64,000 bases of DNA. Origin: Podarcis cretensis. Lineage: Eukaryota. The position numbers and the translations under genes were made by a program. The stretch's first letter is position 1, and every line of letters starts with the position of its first letter. Below the pieces are notes generated by a model. The model saw only the letters and a list, made by a program, of their open reading frames with translations. It ran no database searches and was not told where the DNA came from. The stretch covers positions 51,832,001 to 51,896,000 of the forward strand of contig OX638155.1 in assembly GCA_951804945.1 (NCBI GenBank). Direction: 5' to 3'. This document shows, in pieces, positions 51,301 through 62,552 of the stretch.

Positions 51301-54300
51301 TATCTGCATTAAAAGTACTATTGTTACTTTTCATAATGTAAGATTTGAGCCCACTTTTTTATTGAACCCAACTCACTGAACTCATTTAAAGTGAACAATT
51401 ATTCAAATTGCAGTTTTATGCTGAATTTTCACTCAGATATTTTCAATATGAAAAGTAGGTTTTGAGGAGTGTGAAAAGCATCCTGACCTCCCCACTCCAC
51501 ATTTTTATGGTGTTGGGAAGGTTATACCTGATCATGGCCCCAAAATGTTACTGCTTCTTTGCAACTTCAATGGTTTCTTTCTCCTTCAGTGCAAGATCCC
51601 TGCCAATCAGTGATCACATAGAGCTACTGATGGCACCAGAGCATAAAAATCACATTTGTCTAACAGACAACACTGAGGGCAGTGCTTTCATTTTAAAATA
51701 TTCATGTCCTACCTTTCTGGGGGGTGGGCTGTGGAATATCCAAGTTGACTACACTGCATGGCAAAACTTTTGCTACACATTTTTGCATCTGACTACTAGT
51801 GACAGAAATGCAGTAAAAAAGGACGACATCCCCATTTGGATGTGCATCTGAATACCAGTTTTCTCTATCAACACTGTGTTACTTTCACAGGCTGCACATC
51901 CACTTGCACATCTCCACCCATATTGTACCACAACCAGTCGAGAACATTTAACTAGGAGGAACAAAGGAGCATCTACCTTCTGTCTTTCCTCCTCCTCACT
52001 TTCCCCAAACCCCATCCATTTGTGAATACTTTTTCACAAAAGGGTGTTTAGCCAGCAAAGTGGGAGCTTTTCATGAGGGGTGAAAAGATTTGTAAAGGGG
52101 GGGACCCACTCTGTTTCAGCTCAGCATAAGTGCATATTGTTATAAAGGGCAAAGATATACAAATCTATCATATATATTTTCTGCTTAGTGTACTAAGCAT
52201 TTCTGTTTTCCATGTTCCTAATTTTTCTGTTCAGAAATGTAGCTCTTTTATTTTGTATAGATTTCTACCCTGGTGATTCTAACCTGTGAGCCACTCTAGG
52301 TTCCAGCAGAGGGAGCTACATACCAAAGACTAACAGAAGAGATTTGTTTTAAGTTTTACCGAACTGAGGGGAGGGTGATTGTAGATAAAACTTAAGTATC
52401 TTATTACTAGTTTCTTATCAGTGCACTCAGTGAGAAGATACAGATGACATTCCTCATTAAAATTGTCATTGTCAAAATTGTAGCTGCTGTAACAGGAAAC
52501 GGATTTGTCTGTTTGCAGACATAACAGCAGTGTGAGCTTGACAAATAAATTTTTTAAAAACGTAGAAATGCCAAATAGATGCTTCCAGAACTAAGAACCC
52601 AAAGCAGCTCCCATACTTTTCTCCAAGCTCTACTAGTGTTTATCTGGGCATCAAGATTCTAGCCACAATGAATAGTGTAAACTGTGGGGTTGGCAGTTAA
52701 GGGATAGAATGGAGCTATCTCCATACAGAAATCCACATTGGAACCATGGTTTCCAGTAATGGGGATAGTAATTCCAGAGTGGACACAGAACTTACAGCAG
52801 GATCAAGACACAATCCAGAAATAAAGAGAGGTTTCTGGTGTGGGGTTGAGGATGTTCCCTCCTGCCTTGTGCTAGTGCAAAAATGCAGCTGAAAGCCCCA
52901 GTTGCATTTGAAGGTCTTCTATACAGTGAGGTTTGTTGTGTTGTGTTGTGTTTTACCTTTGCCTTACTGAATTAGAGTGGACTGAGGAAACCATTCCTGC
53001 TTCCATGATCAAGTTCAGAATTTTGGTAGGGCAGAATTGAAACAATCCATTCTCTGTCATGACTCTGCAAGCTCTCAACATTTTTGCCACATCAGGAGCA
53101 AAACGGTGACTTGAAAGTGGGGTGTTGCTGTGGAAAGAACTTGGAAGAATGGACCACACCTCTTCGGCTGTGCACTTCCCACTATGAGCCTATTAGCAAC
53201 TGTACTCTACTTCTAAAAAGTAAACAAAGTCAATTAAGTTTTGCTCAAAGTAGACCCATTGAAATGAAGGGCCCTAACCTCGACATGTTAAACTTCAATG
53301 GGTCTACCCTGAGAAAAACTTAGTTGAATACTGCTCGTTAGTATAGACTCCTATCTCTGCAGTCCATTCCCCTTCCTTGCATAGAGTTCATAACTCTAAA
53401 GCAGGTCTGCAAAACCTGTAACCCACCAAGCTGAATTCTGCTCATCAACTCTGTATGGCAACCAGGTGGGGCTCAGTAAACCACCTGCTGCTGCTCCCTA
53501 CGTGGGATGAGAAAAACAGGATTAACTGGCAGAGAATCGATGAGTATAAGATCTTTGTGTATTCTGTGATGTGTTCTGCTCACTTTCACTGACCAACTAC
53601 ATGTCTTTCTTATGACTGATGTTAAAACACTTTGTCCAGGATTAAGATACCCTCCTTAGGCTCACATAAAAGGCTTGCATGCACTCATGCTGGGGTTTGC
53701 TGTTTGGTTTTGTTTCCTAACAATAGCTATTTGTGCTGTGTTCTACGGCCAAACTGTGCATTGCCTTAAACATACAGCCAATGATAACTTGTATCATCTC
53801 CTAACAAGCTTTAATTAAAGCAGAAGGTGTGACCTGACATCATCACGCTTAGCAATTTCCTTCCCCACCTTGAACCACCATAGGCAGAAGCCATTGAAAG
53901 ACAGCCAGGGCAGAGAAGCACTGGGCATGAGGATGGCATGGAGTACTGGGTCCATTTCAGGACCCCACACTTCTAGTATTTGTTTTAGAAAGGAGTTCCT
54001 ACATCTAATTTTTGAACACAGTTCTTTTCTGTATGAAAAGTTAACAATTCTATCCAAGACATCCAGCCTTCTTAATGCAAAGACCTCTGCATCTTTGTAA
54101 CTTTTATTATATACTGTGTAAAACACCTAGAGGCCTATTTTGGCATTAAGCAGAATATAATAGTAACAGTAATAATAATAATGCAAAATAGAAGACTGTA
54201 TTGTATTACTATGCACATTGTTAACATTATATTTTCCATGGGGGGGGGGGGGGAGAAGTTCCATATATGGGGGTTTTTAATGTCCATTTGAACCCTGGAA

Positions 54301-54563
54301 CTTATAAGATCCTTTTGGCCATTTCTCCTGTCTTACTTCACTACATTTTTACATTTCTGCTGTTTTACTAGTATGCACGCCTGACCCTATTAACTAACAA
54401 AGAGACTGATGTGCTCGCTTTCCATCAGGATGATCCCAGTATTCAGCATGACATGGCATTTTCTGACTGTTTGCACAGTAGGAATATAATTAGTGATGGC
54501 AGCGCTGGGGCGCTCTCTGCTGTAAGTCGTGCTTAACCCACTTAGCAAACCTTTTTATTCCAG

Positions 54564-54723
54564 ACCCAAGGGGCAGGCTCCCCACGCTCTTCTCCCAGCC
54601 ACACTATCAGCCGGCCTATTCCTATGCCCATCAGATCTGCGTCTGCCTGCTCGACTCCAGCCCACACACCTCAGGACTCTCTGACAGGCGTGGGAGGAGA
54701 TGTGCAGGAAGCCTTTGCACAAG
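54564..54723 (+). CDS. DTNA: DTNA exon ([13 protein letters not shown]...VQEAFAQ), 160 nt
   Basis: ttccag|ACCC acceptor; CAAG|gtaagt donor. Confidence 0.97.
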
Positions 54724-56064
54724 GTAAGTTGTGCAGAGCATCCTTTGCTACAAAGTGGTTGTGCTTAGGAATAGTCAGCAGGGGTGGGGGAAATGCCCTG
54801 CAACTCAGTGACTTCTTCCCTTATCGTACATATGCCATGTCATCTACAAATGAGTTTTTTATCATTTAAGGTGGGCATAGCCAACTGATGTGTCCAGATC
54901 AGCCCCGGAAGCATGGCCAATGGTTGGGGTTGACGAGAGCTGTACTCCAACAACATCTGGAAGGCACCCCAATTTAGCCTAATTAAAAGCTTGTGTTTAG
55001 AACAAGTGGTATCAGTGAGAGGATTCCTAATGGCATAAAACAATTGTAAAAAGTTAGTATTGTTTCACCATAATGAAAAGCATGAGGAAAAGATTTGGCC
55101 TAACTAACTAAACAAGCCAGATTATCTGCAACAGACACAACATCCTCTATTAATCAAGTGTACATAAAGATGCATTGTATTCTCTGGCCATAGCAATTAT
55201 ACTTCTTCATAATGTGCCACATTGTTGCATGATAATTTCTCATGCCAGCTGCTTGACTCCTCCGAGTCCTCTTCATTGGCCTCCAAGTCCCTATAACAAA
55301 AGTGATTCTTTAGTTAGGAGCACCAATTCCCCTGTATTGCTTTAGTGCAGAGGCGAGGACGAAATACAGAGCCCGGGGACCAAATGCAGTCCTCCAGAAC
55401 TGTGTATTTGGACCTCAGGACTCTCTGCAGGCCACACAGCCTCCCCAGGCTGCATCTCTCATAGACTGGACTGTGCTCTGTGCTCTTGTCTGAATGTGTA
55501 TTGTCCTTGGGTTCTAATGCCTCTTGCTTGCCTGGATAGAAGATGGGAAGACCATGGGGGTATATGTATGGATAATTCTGAATTGTGTGGCTGGAGCATA
55601 GCCTCCACTGGAATATAACCACAATGAAAGGGTGTAAAAAAGGGTTAAAAGTCCCTCCACTGCTCAGCCTGCTTTTTGCTTCTGGCCCTGATCACCAGTC
55701 CAGCATGCAGCCTCTGGAAGATTGCCCACAGGGGAATGTAGGCTTTGAGCTGAAGAAGATCCCCCTCCTCAGTCTTTGTGGATAGTGCATGTGGGCTGGA
55801 GCAGTAAACAGTTGCTGAAAGTATAAGCTTGCAATGGAGGAGGAAGCGGGTAAGAAACTGGGAAACTGTGTTAGAAAATGCAAAATATATGAATTTTGTA
55901 TTTGGTTCTTAAGCAATGAAGATTCGTAGCAAATAAAGAATAAGCATGGGAAGGATTAAAAGCCAGGTTGCTGTTTTTAACTCAGTGGAAAATGGGGTTG
56001 GTTTTTTATTTGTTTGTTTTTGTTGTGTTCAGCATGGAACTAGCTCATTAAAAAGTTATATCGG

Positions 56065-56195
56065 AAGGGATGGGGAACCTGTGTCCCTTCAGATGATGTT
56101 GGGACTGCATTATCCCTGACTGTTGGCCATGCTGGCAGGAGATGATGGGAGCTTGAGCTCAACAATATTTGTGGGGCCAGACATCCCCTACCCTG
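56065..56195. mobile_element. Palindromic hAT MITE, same family as 20406 (diverged)
   Basis: agggatggggaacctgtg ... tcccctaccctg. Confidence 0.7.
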
Positions 56196-56619
56196 GTTCT
56201 ACCAGTGGCCAACATGGGTTTAGTGAAGCTGGGTTTTTGAGGGCTTGGGCAAGCATCATGAACTCTCTGAGGTTTTTGTTTTCGTTGGCTGATCACAACA
56301 CCATAGCAAACCTTGCTTTGGAATGTCCTCTGAGTTTCCAAAGTTGATTGTGACATGGAAAGCAGGCTGGATATCCCATTCCTTTGGATCCTGATCTATA
56401 TTTTATTCTAGATTGGTGGCACCAGCATTAGATGAAACACTAGCAGTGGTTGCTGTGTGGTGTAGGAAAGGGGAAACCACGTCCACATAAAAGCTACATG
56501 AATATAGATCTAAAATGTGTTTTTCATTTACTGCACTGTAGTTTAATTACACTCTCTAGTTGTTAAGCTTACAGGGGGTAAGGAGACCTCTGAACATAAA
56601 GCTTTGCTTCTCTTCACAG

Positions 56620-56709
56620 GTTCAAGAAGAAATTTAAGGAATGACTTGCTGGTAGCAGCAGATTCAATCACCAACACTATGTCTTCTCTGGTGAAAGAAC
56701 TGAACTCAG
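56620..56709 (+). CDS. DTNA: DTNA exon ([29 protein letters not shown]), 90 nt
   Basis: tcacag|GTTCA acceptor; TCAG|gtctga donor. Confidence 0.96.
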
Positions 56710-57347
56710 GTCTGATTATTTAAAAGCAGAATTAATATTTAACCATTCAACACTCTTTTTAAAAAACCATAATGTTTATAGACTACAAAAAGAGATGTAC
56801 AGTATGTTATGTAGAAGATGTTTTTAATATGTAAGGAGAAAGGTGTGGCAAATTCTGTTGAAGACAGTCGCCCCCATCCAAGGTAACTAGAGTGCAACGC
56901 TAAGAGTTTCTTTCTCTCTCCCACTCACACACAAAATCAATTTTTTACTCTTGAAGCAGAGTTGCATAGTTTAACGCTACATGGGTAACAAAAGAGAGCC
57001 CAAACTCTGCAGTGTTTTGCATAAGGAGGTTTGGCAGCAACCCATTGTTAGAGCTGTGGCACTGTGGTACCCATGCTGACCCCTTCATTGGTTAAAGGGA
57101 ATCAACATGGAGATTGGCCTAATCCCTGTGTCAAGGTGAACTAAATAATCAAACCTGCTACACAATAAATGATCTCTGTGCATGAGTATCAGCACTACAT
57201 GAGTAAAGTAAGCAAACTAACTGTATGCAACTGGTGTGTTTATAGCCATTTAGGATGGTGGTATAAAGTCAGTCTGTGCTAGAAACATGAGAGAAACTTC
57301 CTAGAGTTCATGTAACCATAGTACCATTGGTGCCTTTCTTCCCACAG

Positions 57348-57516
57348 AAGTTGGAAGTGAGACAGAGAGTAATGTGGATTCTGAGTTTGGTCGGACTCAT
57401 TTTGATGACCTTGTTCCATCACCAACTTCTGAAAAGGCTTTCCTTGCGCAGATTCATGCCCGGAAGCCAGGATACCTTCACAGTGCAGCTGCCTCTGGCA
57501 CCATCCGCAGTGATAT
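57348..57516 (+). CDS. DTNA: DTNA exon (EVGSETESNVDSEF...GTIRSDM), 169 nt
   Basis: ccacag|AAG acceptor; GATAT|gtgggt donor is the one in phase with the next exon. Confidence 0.93.
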
Positions 57517-58302
57517 GTGGGTAACTCCTTGTGCTCTTTATCTCTCTTTCCTTATTAAATAATATATATTCCATATTGTCTTCAATAAACCATCTCTGAA
57601 GCTAAGCAAATGTGGTATGTACATGTAATATGGAGTTGCTCTCTTAACCAAATATTAGGCCAAGAATAGCAATGAGGGCTATTGTGTTTAAATCCATTTT
57701 ATGAATCTCACAGCCTTCAAAAGAAAAACAATTATGCGGTGATTTTAACTTGGAAATTCAGCACTAAAGCAAATAAATGTAGAAACTGTTTGTTTTCAGG
57801 GCAGAGCCCTTTACTAGGAGATGAATTTAGCAATTGCTGACCTCCAGCTAGAGGAAAATAATGTTTCCAGTGGATATTGTTACAGTATATGTTTGTGGGG
57901 TGGTAGGCTGTAGACCTGGGCCCCCTTCTAATTCCTGAGGTATCCAGGCTAGCTTCTTGGTGAGGGGATAGCCTAAGTCACGGGCCTTTAAGGGAACAGG
58001 GGAAATGGCTCAGAAATTAGCCTCCTCTTCCCATTCCACATAACAAAAACTGCTCTTGAAATTTTATTTTGTTACTCCTAATCCTTACAAACTGCTGGCC
58101 CTTATTGGTTCATAGAGTAGACAAAAACAGCAGTTGCACAGTCCACACTGCTGACATTCTGCACGCACTGTGACCTGGTTATGGCTAAGCATGAATGAGC
58201 AGGTACTTAAGAGTAGAAATCATGTCCACTTTGCCCCTAGTCTTGCTCAAACCCATGACCCTGAGATTAAAAGTTTCATGCTCTACCAACTGAACTATCC
58301 CT

Positions 58303-59285
58303 TCAGTCTGTATGTATAGAGGACACAGAAACAGGTTGCACCCCCAGCAGGGTCCCTGTAATACATGGCCCCTTCCTCTGCTCTGCCTTCTATTTACGTA
58401 TGTTAGACCTTAATTAAAAGCCATGACTGGAATTTGGCTTCTAATAAATTATCCCAAATGAATCTCTTATTTACACTCTTCCTCAAGTGTTTTGGTTTTT
58501 TATTTATTTCGACTGTGTCAGACCAGCACGGCTACCTACCTGAATCAAGTGTCAAGTGTTCTGCATTTTTTTGCTCAGTTTCGATCTTTATACATACACC
58601 ATTTAAGCAGGTGGATTTGCAGTAGGACAAAGCCATTCTAGCTGCAGGGGGAAAGTCAGTCCCTACCAAGACAATCTAAACCTAATTTCTGTATACAGAA
58701 TTTCCAATGTTGCCTTACCTTCCATTTACAAAACAGTCTTTCGCAATGTAGAATATGATATTTGCAGAACTTTGCTTCATCTCAGATTCAGAGAGAAATT
58801 CTGCATATCAGTTATGCCAAAGCATTAAAGACATACTGATGAGTCACAAATGTAGGAAAAATACATACCAATACATGCCTATGCCTTATATCCTCTATTC
58901 AGGTACATGGTGAAGACTTTTTAAAAACTTTAGCAGGCATCTTAAGTTAGCCTTTTTTACTTTATGTTTAGTTTTAACTGATTTTATCTTTGTATCTTTT
59001 TTGTAATCGCATTGTGCACAGCTTAGAAACTATGGTGTTAAGTGGTATTTCAGTTGCTGAAATAAATAAAAAAAGTAAAGTAGGAGATGTCCTGATTAAA
59101 GAATTGTTTGTGATTTCTTTAAATATGCATGTTTTAATTCAATTAATCAGAAGTTTAAGCTGCAATTCTAAGTGTGGTTACTAGGGAGTAAGCTTTACTG
59201 ACAAAGTGGGACTTACCTCCAAGTAAACATACATAGGATTGCACTGTTAAATCAACTAACACTGTGCAAAAGAATCCTAAGCATG
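58303..59285. repeat. Diverged dispersed repeat, copy B, with private insertions at ~58491-58551 and ~58890-59075
   Basis: Colinear with 40965-41740. Confidence 0.9.
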
Positions 59286-60150
59286 TTTAATCAAGCATGT
59301 TCTTGGTTTACTGCTCATTGTTTGTTTGGGGGAGACAAACTGCAAGCCTGGGTTAATACATACTGCTAAGCCAAACTCTGACTTTGCTTTGGGTAGCGCA
59401 GAAGCAGTGGGTTTCTTTCGACAACTCAGTTGGTGGCATGCAGCTGACAAATTTTGTGGAAAGAATAAAGCACCCATGATCTTAGCTCTGAGTACCTGAA
59501 CGCTTGCTCATTCATGCTTAGCCACAGTTTGGCTTAATGTTATGTGCTAACTGGGCTAGTGAGTGTGCTTTAGAGAAAGCAGTGCTTATCTTTTCCCCCA
59601 GGGTACTTCCTGTGTTCTCGGCTGTGAATTCCTACCCAGACCAGAATCATAAACACAGTTCTGACATAGATGGCTACGTTATCTCCTTCCTAGATTATAC
59701 CATTTCAGACTGCAGGTGTTGAGGGTCATATTGTAATTCTCATATGTTGTCTCTTCAAAGCGAGAGAGAGAAAACTCCCTGCCAGTAGAGATCCATCATT
59801 TATTATGTGAGGAAGCAAATGCAGCCTCCAAATTTTAGGCTGACATGGTGCAGTCTAGGAATTCATTTTTCATTTCAGAACAGTAGTCAGGGTCTAGCAT
59901 ACAGTAATTATCCCCAAAGGCACTGCAAGTAGGAATCTCTCTGTGAATGAACAGATCCATTTGAAAGATGAAATGTGAATGTGTAAACAAATAAGTCCTC
60001 TGTTTTGAAAGAATATACAGTATATGGAGTTTTTAAGAAATACACAAAACAGGACTTGCCTTTCAGAGTTCATGAAGAAAACACAATGAGTCTTCTGAAT
60101 GTTAGCATTTTAAAAATTTTAGGAAGCTATTTATTAATAATTGTCTTTAG

Positions 60151-60283
60151 GGTTACAGAAGATGGAGACCCTTACGTTAGAGCAGATGATGAGAACTATG
60201 AAAATGACTCTGTTCGCCAGCTAGAGCATGAGCTCAAGATGGAGGAATATTTGAAACAAAAGCTGCAGGATGAAGCTTATCAG
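60151..60283 (+). CDS. DTNA: DTNA exon, alpha-DB1 tyrosine tail (VTEDGDPYV...LQDEAYQ), 133 nt
   Basis: ctttag|GGTT acceptor; CAG|gtaaaa donor. Confidence 0.96.
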
Positions 60284-61051
60284 GTAAAAATAAAAAGAGA
60301 GCTCAGCAAAGTATCTAGGTAAAATTAGAATCCACAAATGACACTGTGCTGGATTCTGTTTTGGTTGGATCTCAAATGTGTTCTCTGTAGAGCTGAGGCA
60401 TCAGATTCCAACTAGTATTATATTCATTCATGTTTCTATGTGTGAGTAATCAGGAAGTGCTGTAGGTATTGAACTGAACAAGGCTGACATTAACCTCAAC
60501 AGGCTGTTAGTTGATGCATCACAAATGCTAATAGCATTCTCTGTCAACAATGTGCTTTGCCAACTGTTTTTACTGATTTGCAATAGAGTGGTGCTTGGCT
60601 CACGTGTGCATGTTTGGCACTTATTAGCTGGAGAATAGAATGAAGATTTGCATGTGTAAATGAGCCATCACTGATTTAATCTCTGAAGGTTGACCTTCCA
60701 TGTTATCCATCACCAGCTCAAAGAATGTGCTCAACAGAGCAACGCAATCAAGTTTTGAGTAATGAAGTAATGAGAAACGAAGTGATGATATGCATATGGA
60801 AACCAGCTCTATATGTTATTTCATTCAAAGAAAGTTAGGCTGTGGCCCTTCTGCATTAAGGGGCTCTTAGCATAAAAGTGAATCTCAAGAGTCCTCATGC
60901 ATACATACAAACAAACAAACAAACAAATGAAAAAAGGAACAGCAGACAGGTAGTCCAGTCCTGTGGTCTATGTAAATATATGTTCAAGTTACCAAAACAT
61001 CTAAGCAGCAGATGTATATTCCTTGCATATCACTTCTCATAGAAGATATCT

Positions 61052-61196
61052 CATAGAATCTCAGAGTTGGAAGGGACCCTGAGGACCACCTTGGCCTACC
61101 CCTTGCACTGCTGGAATATGCAGCTGTCCTTTAAGGGAATCAAACCTGCAACCTTGGTGTTGTTGGCACTATGTTCTAACCAACTCACCGATCCAA
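61052..61196 (-). mobile_element. Squam2-like SINE (tRNA head + CR1 tail)
   Basis: Reverse complement reads agttggttagaacatagtgcc...ggttgcaggtttgattccc, then CR1 tail cccttccaactct...attctatg. Confidence 0.7.
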
Positions 61197-61332
61197 CCTG
61201 TAAAATGATTGCCACTATGCCAAAGCGGAGCTAGCTGGAATCCTGTGCCCCTCCCAGCACTGTAAAAAAATGCAACCATAGCAGTACGAAAGAGGCACTG
61301 TCGCCATGGCCACTCCCCCACCGGGAAGTTAC

Positions 61333-61520
61333 CAGTGGTAAAGCACTTGGTTTGCTTGCAGACAGTCCCAAGATCAGTCCCTGGCATATCCAGGTCAGGC
61401 TAGGAAAGACTCCTGCCTGAAACCCTGAAGAGCTGCTGCTTCCAGTCAGTACAATGATAATATTGATCTCAATGGACCAATGGCCTGACTCTGTGTAAGG
61501 CTGCTGCTTATGTTTCCTAT
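61333..61520 (+). mobile_element. tRNA-derived, CR1-tailed SINE (family uncertain)
   Basis: cagtggtaaagca...gcctgaaaccctgaagagctgctg...atggaccaatggcctgactc. Confidence 0.65.
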
Positions 61521-62534
61521 TTTCCCCTAGCAACTCTGTTGCTACCTACTAATTATAACATCGCTCCCAACATGGCTGTAACTATGCATCACATAAAGCA
61601 ATCGCCATGGAATGATAGCACAAAAACTGTGATAGCGTCACATTATGAGCACATTGTCAGGAACAGACCACGTTGCTTCTTCCTGTGCAGCTGGTGCCAT
61701 ATCCCAGGGATTACAGTGAAAGCAACCCATCCTTGCCCTGACTCCTGGCATAAGATAGTTCATAGAAATCCTCTTGTTACCCACCAGGCATAAATCAAGG
61801 AAAGGATTGTATCATAGGCTGGAGTCCTTGGCCTAGTTAGATTCCTTGAAGATAGTGTTCCAGGCACATGTGCCAGGGCAGATCTGCTATGAAACCAATG
61901 AAGCTTAATATTCAGGGCCCCTAATCCCAGAGGGACCCCAGAAGAAACTTTAGTCTGCATTGTTTAAAAATCTAGTAGACTCAATTTGATTAATTTTTGG
62001 TTGTACATGTTTCAACAATCCCAAAGTTTGAGGGTCAGTAGCATGGATGTTGTAAAGGTATGATGATCTGTTGTGAAACAACCCCACTGAAGAAGATAAC
62101 AATAGTTACCTAGACCTCAGTGCTGCTTCTAGCTTCAGGGCCCCCAAAATTTACATTCGCCACTGTATATGTGCATAGAAAATTACTTTATAAATGAACA
62201 GTTGACTGGTTTGAACTTACATGAATCTTGCCTGTCAAAGAAATCACATTCCTTTTATACTACAAGGCACTGAACTCTAGAAGGTCTAGGCACAAGAATT
62301 AGAAGAGAGTATTCCTTTCCTCTCTGCTCTGGTGCTTGTAGTAAGTGACCTTTGTATTCAGAAGAACAGCAGCCTTCTTACAGGATCACCTGGCATGCAA
62401 ACCTCCTTCCTTATAAATGTGTAGTGTTACTGCTCTTGAACACTCGCTCATCTTTCTTGTCCACTGCTGTCTCCAGAATGCTACGCTGGTTTGGCTGCTC
62501 ACATCTTCAGTTTTCACTCTCTTTTTATTCATAG

Positions 62535-62552
62535 GTCAGCTTGCAAGGATGA
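62535..62552 (+). CDS. DTNA: DTNA last coding segment VSLQG* (exon continues as UTR to donor at 62577)
   Basis: Pyrimidine tract, tcatag|GTCAGCTTGCAAGGATGA; CAA|gtaagt at 62578. Confidence 0.93.
   Translation, partial: VSLQG

Noticed and set aside
52519-52549. ttgcag|ACATAA followed by AATAAA as an alternative alpha-DB2 last exon
   Set aside because: Too short and common to support without RNA data; the same applies to ccag|GATTAA at 53640.
55346-55463. Possible extra exon after ctttag (VQRRGRNTEPG...*)
   Set aside because: No dystrobrevin similarity; looks like a DNA-transposon end fragment.
58240-58301. tRNA-Lys(TTT)-like sequence on the minus strand
   Set aside because: Degenerate T-arm and no acceptor stem; more likely a SINE head fragment than a tRNA gene.
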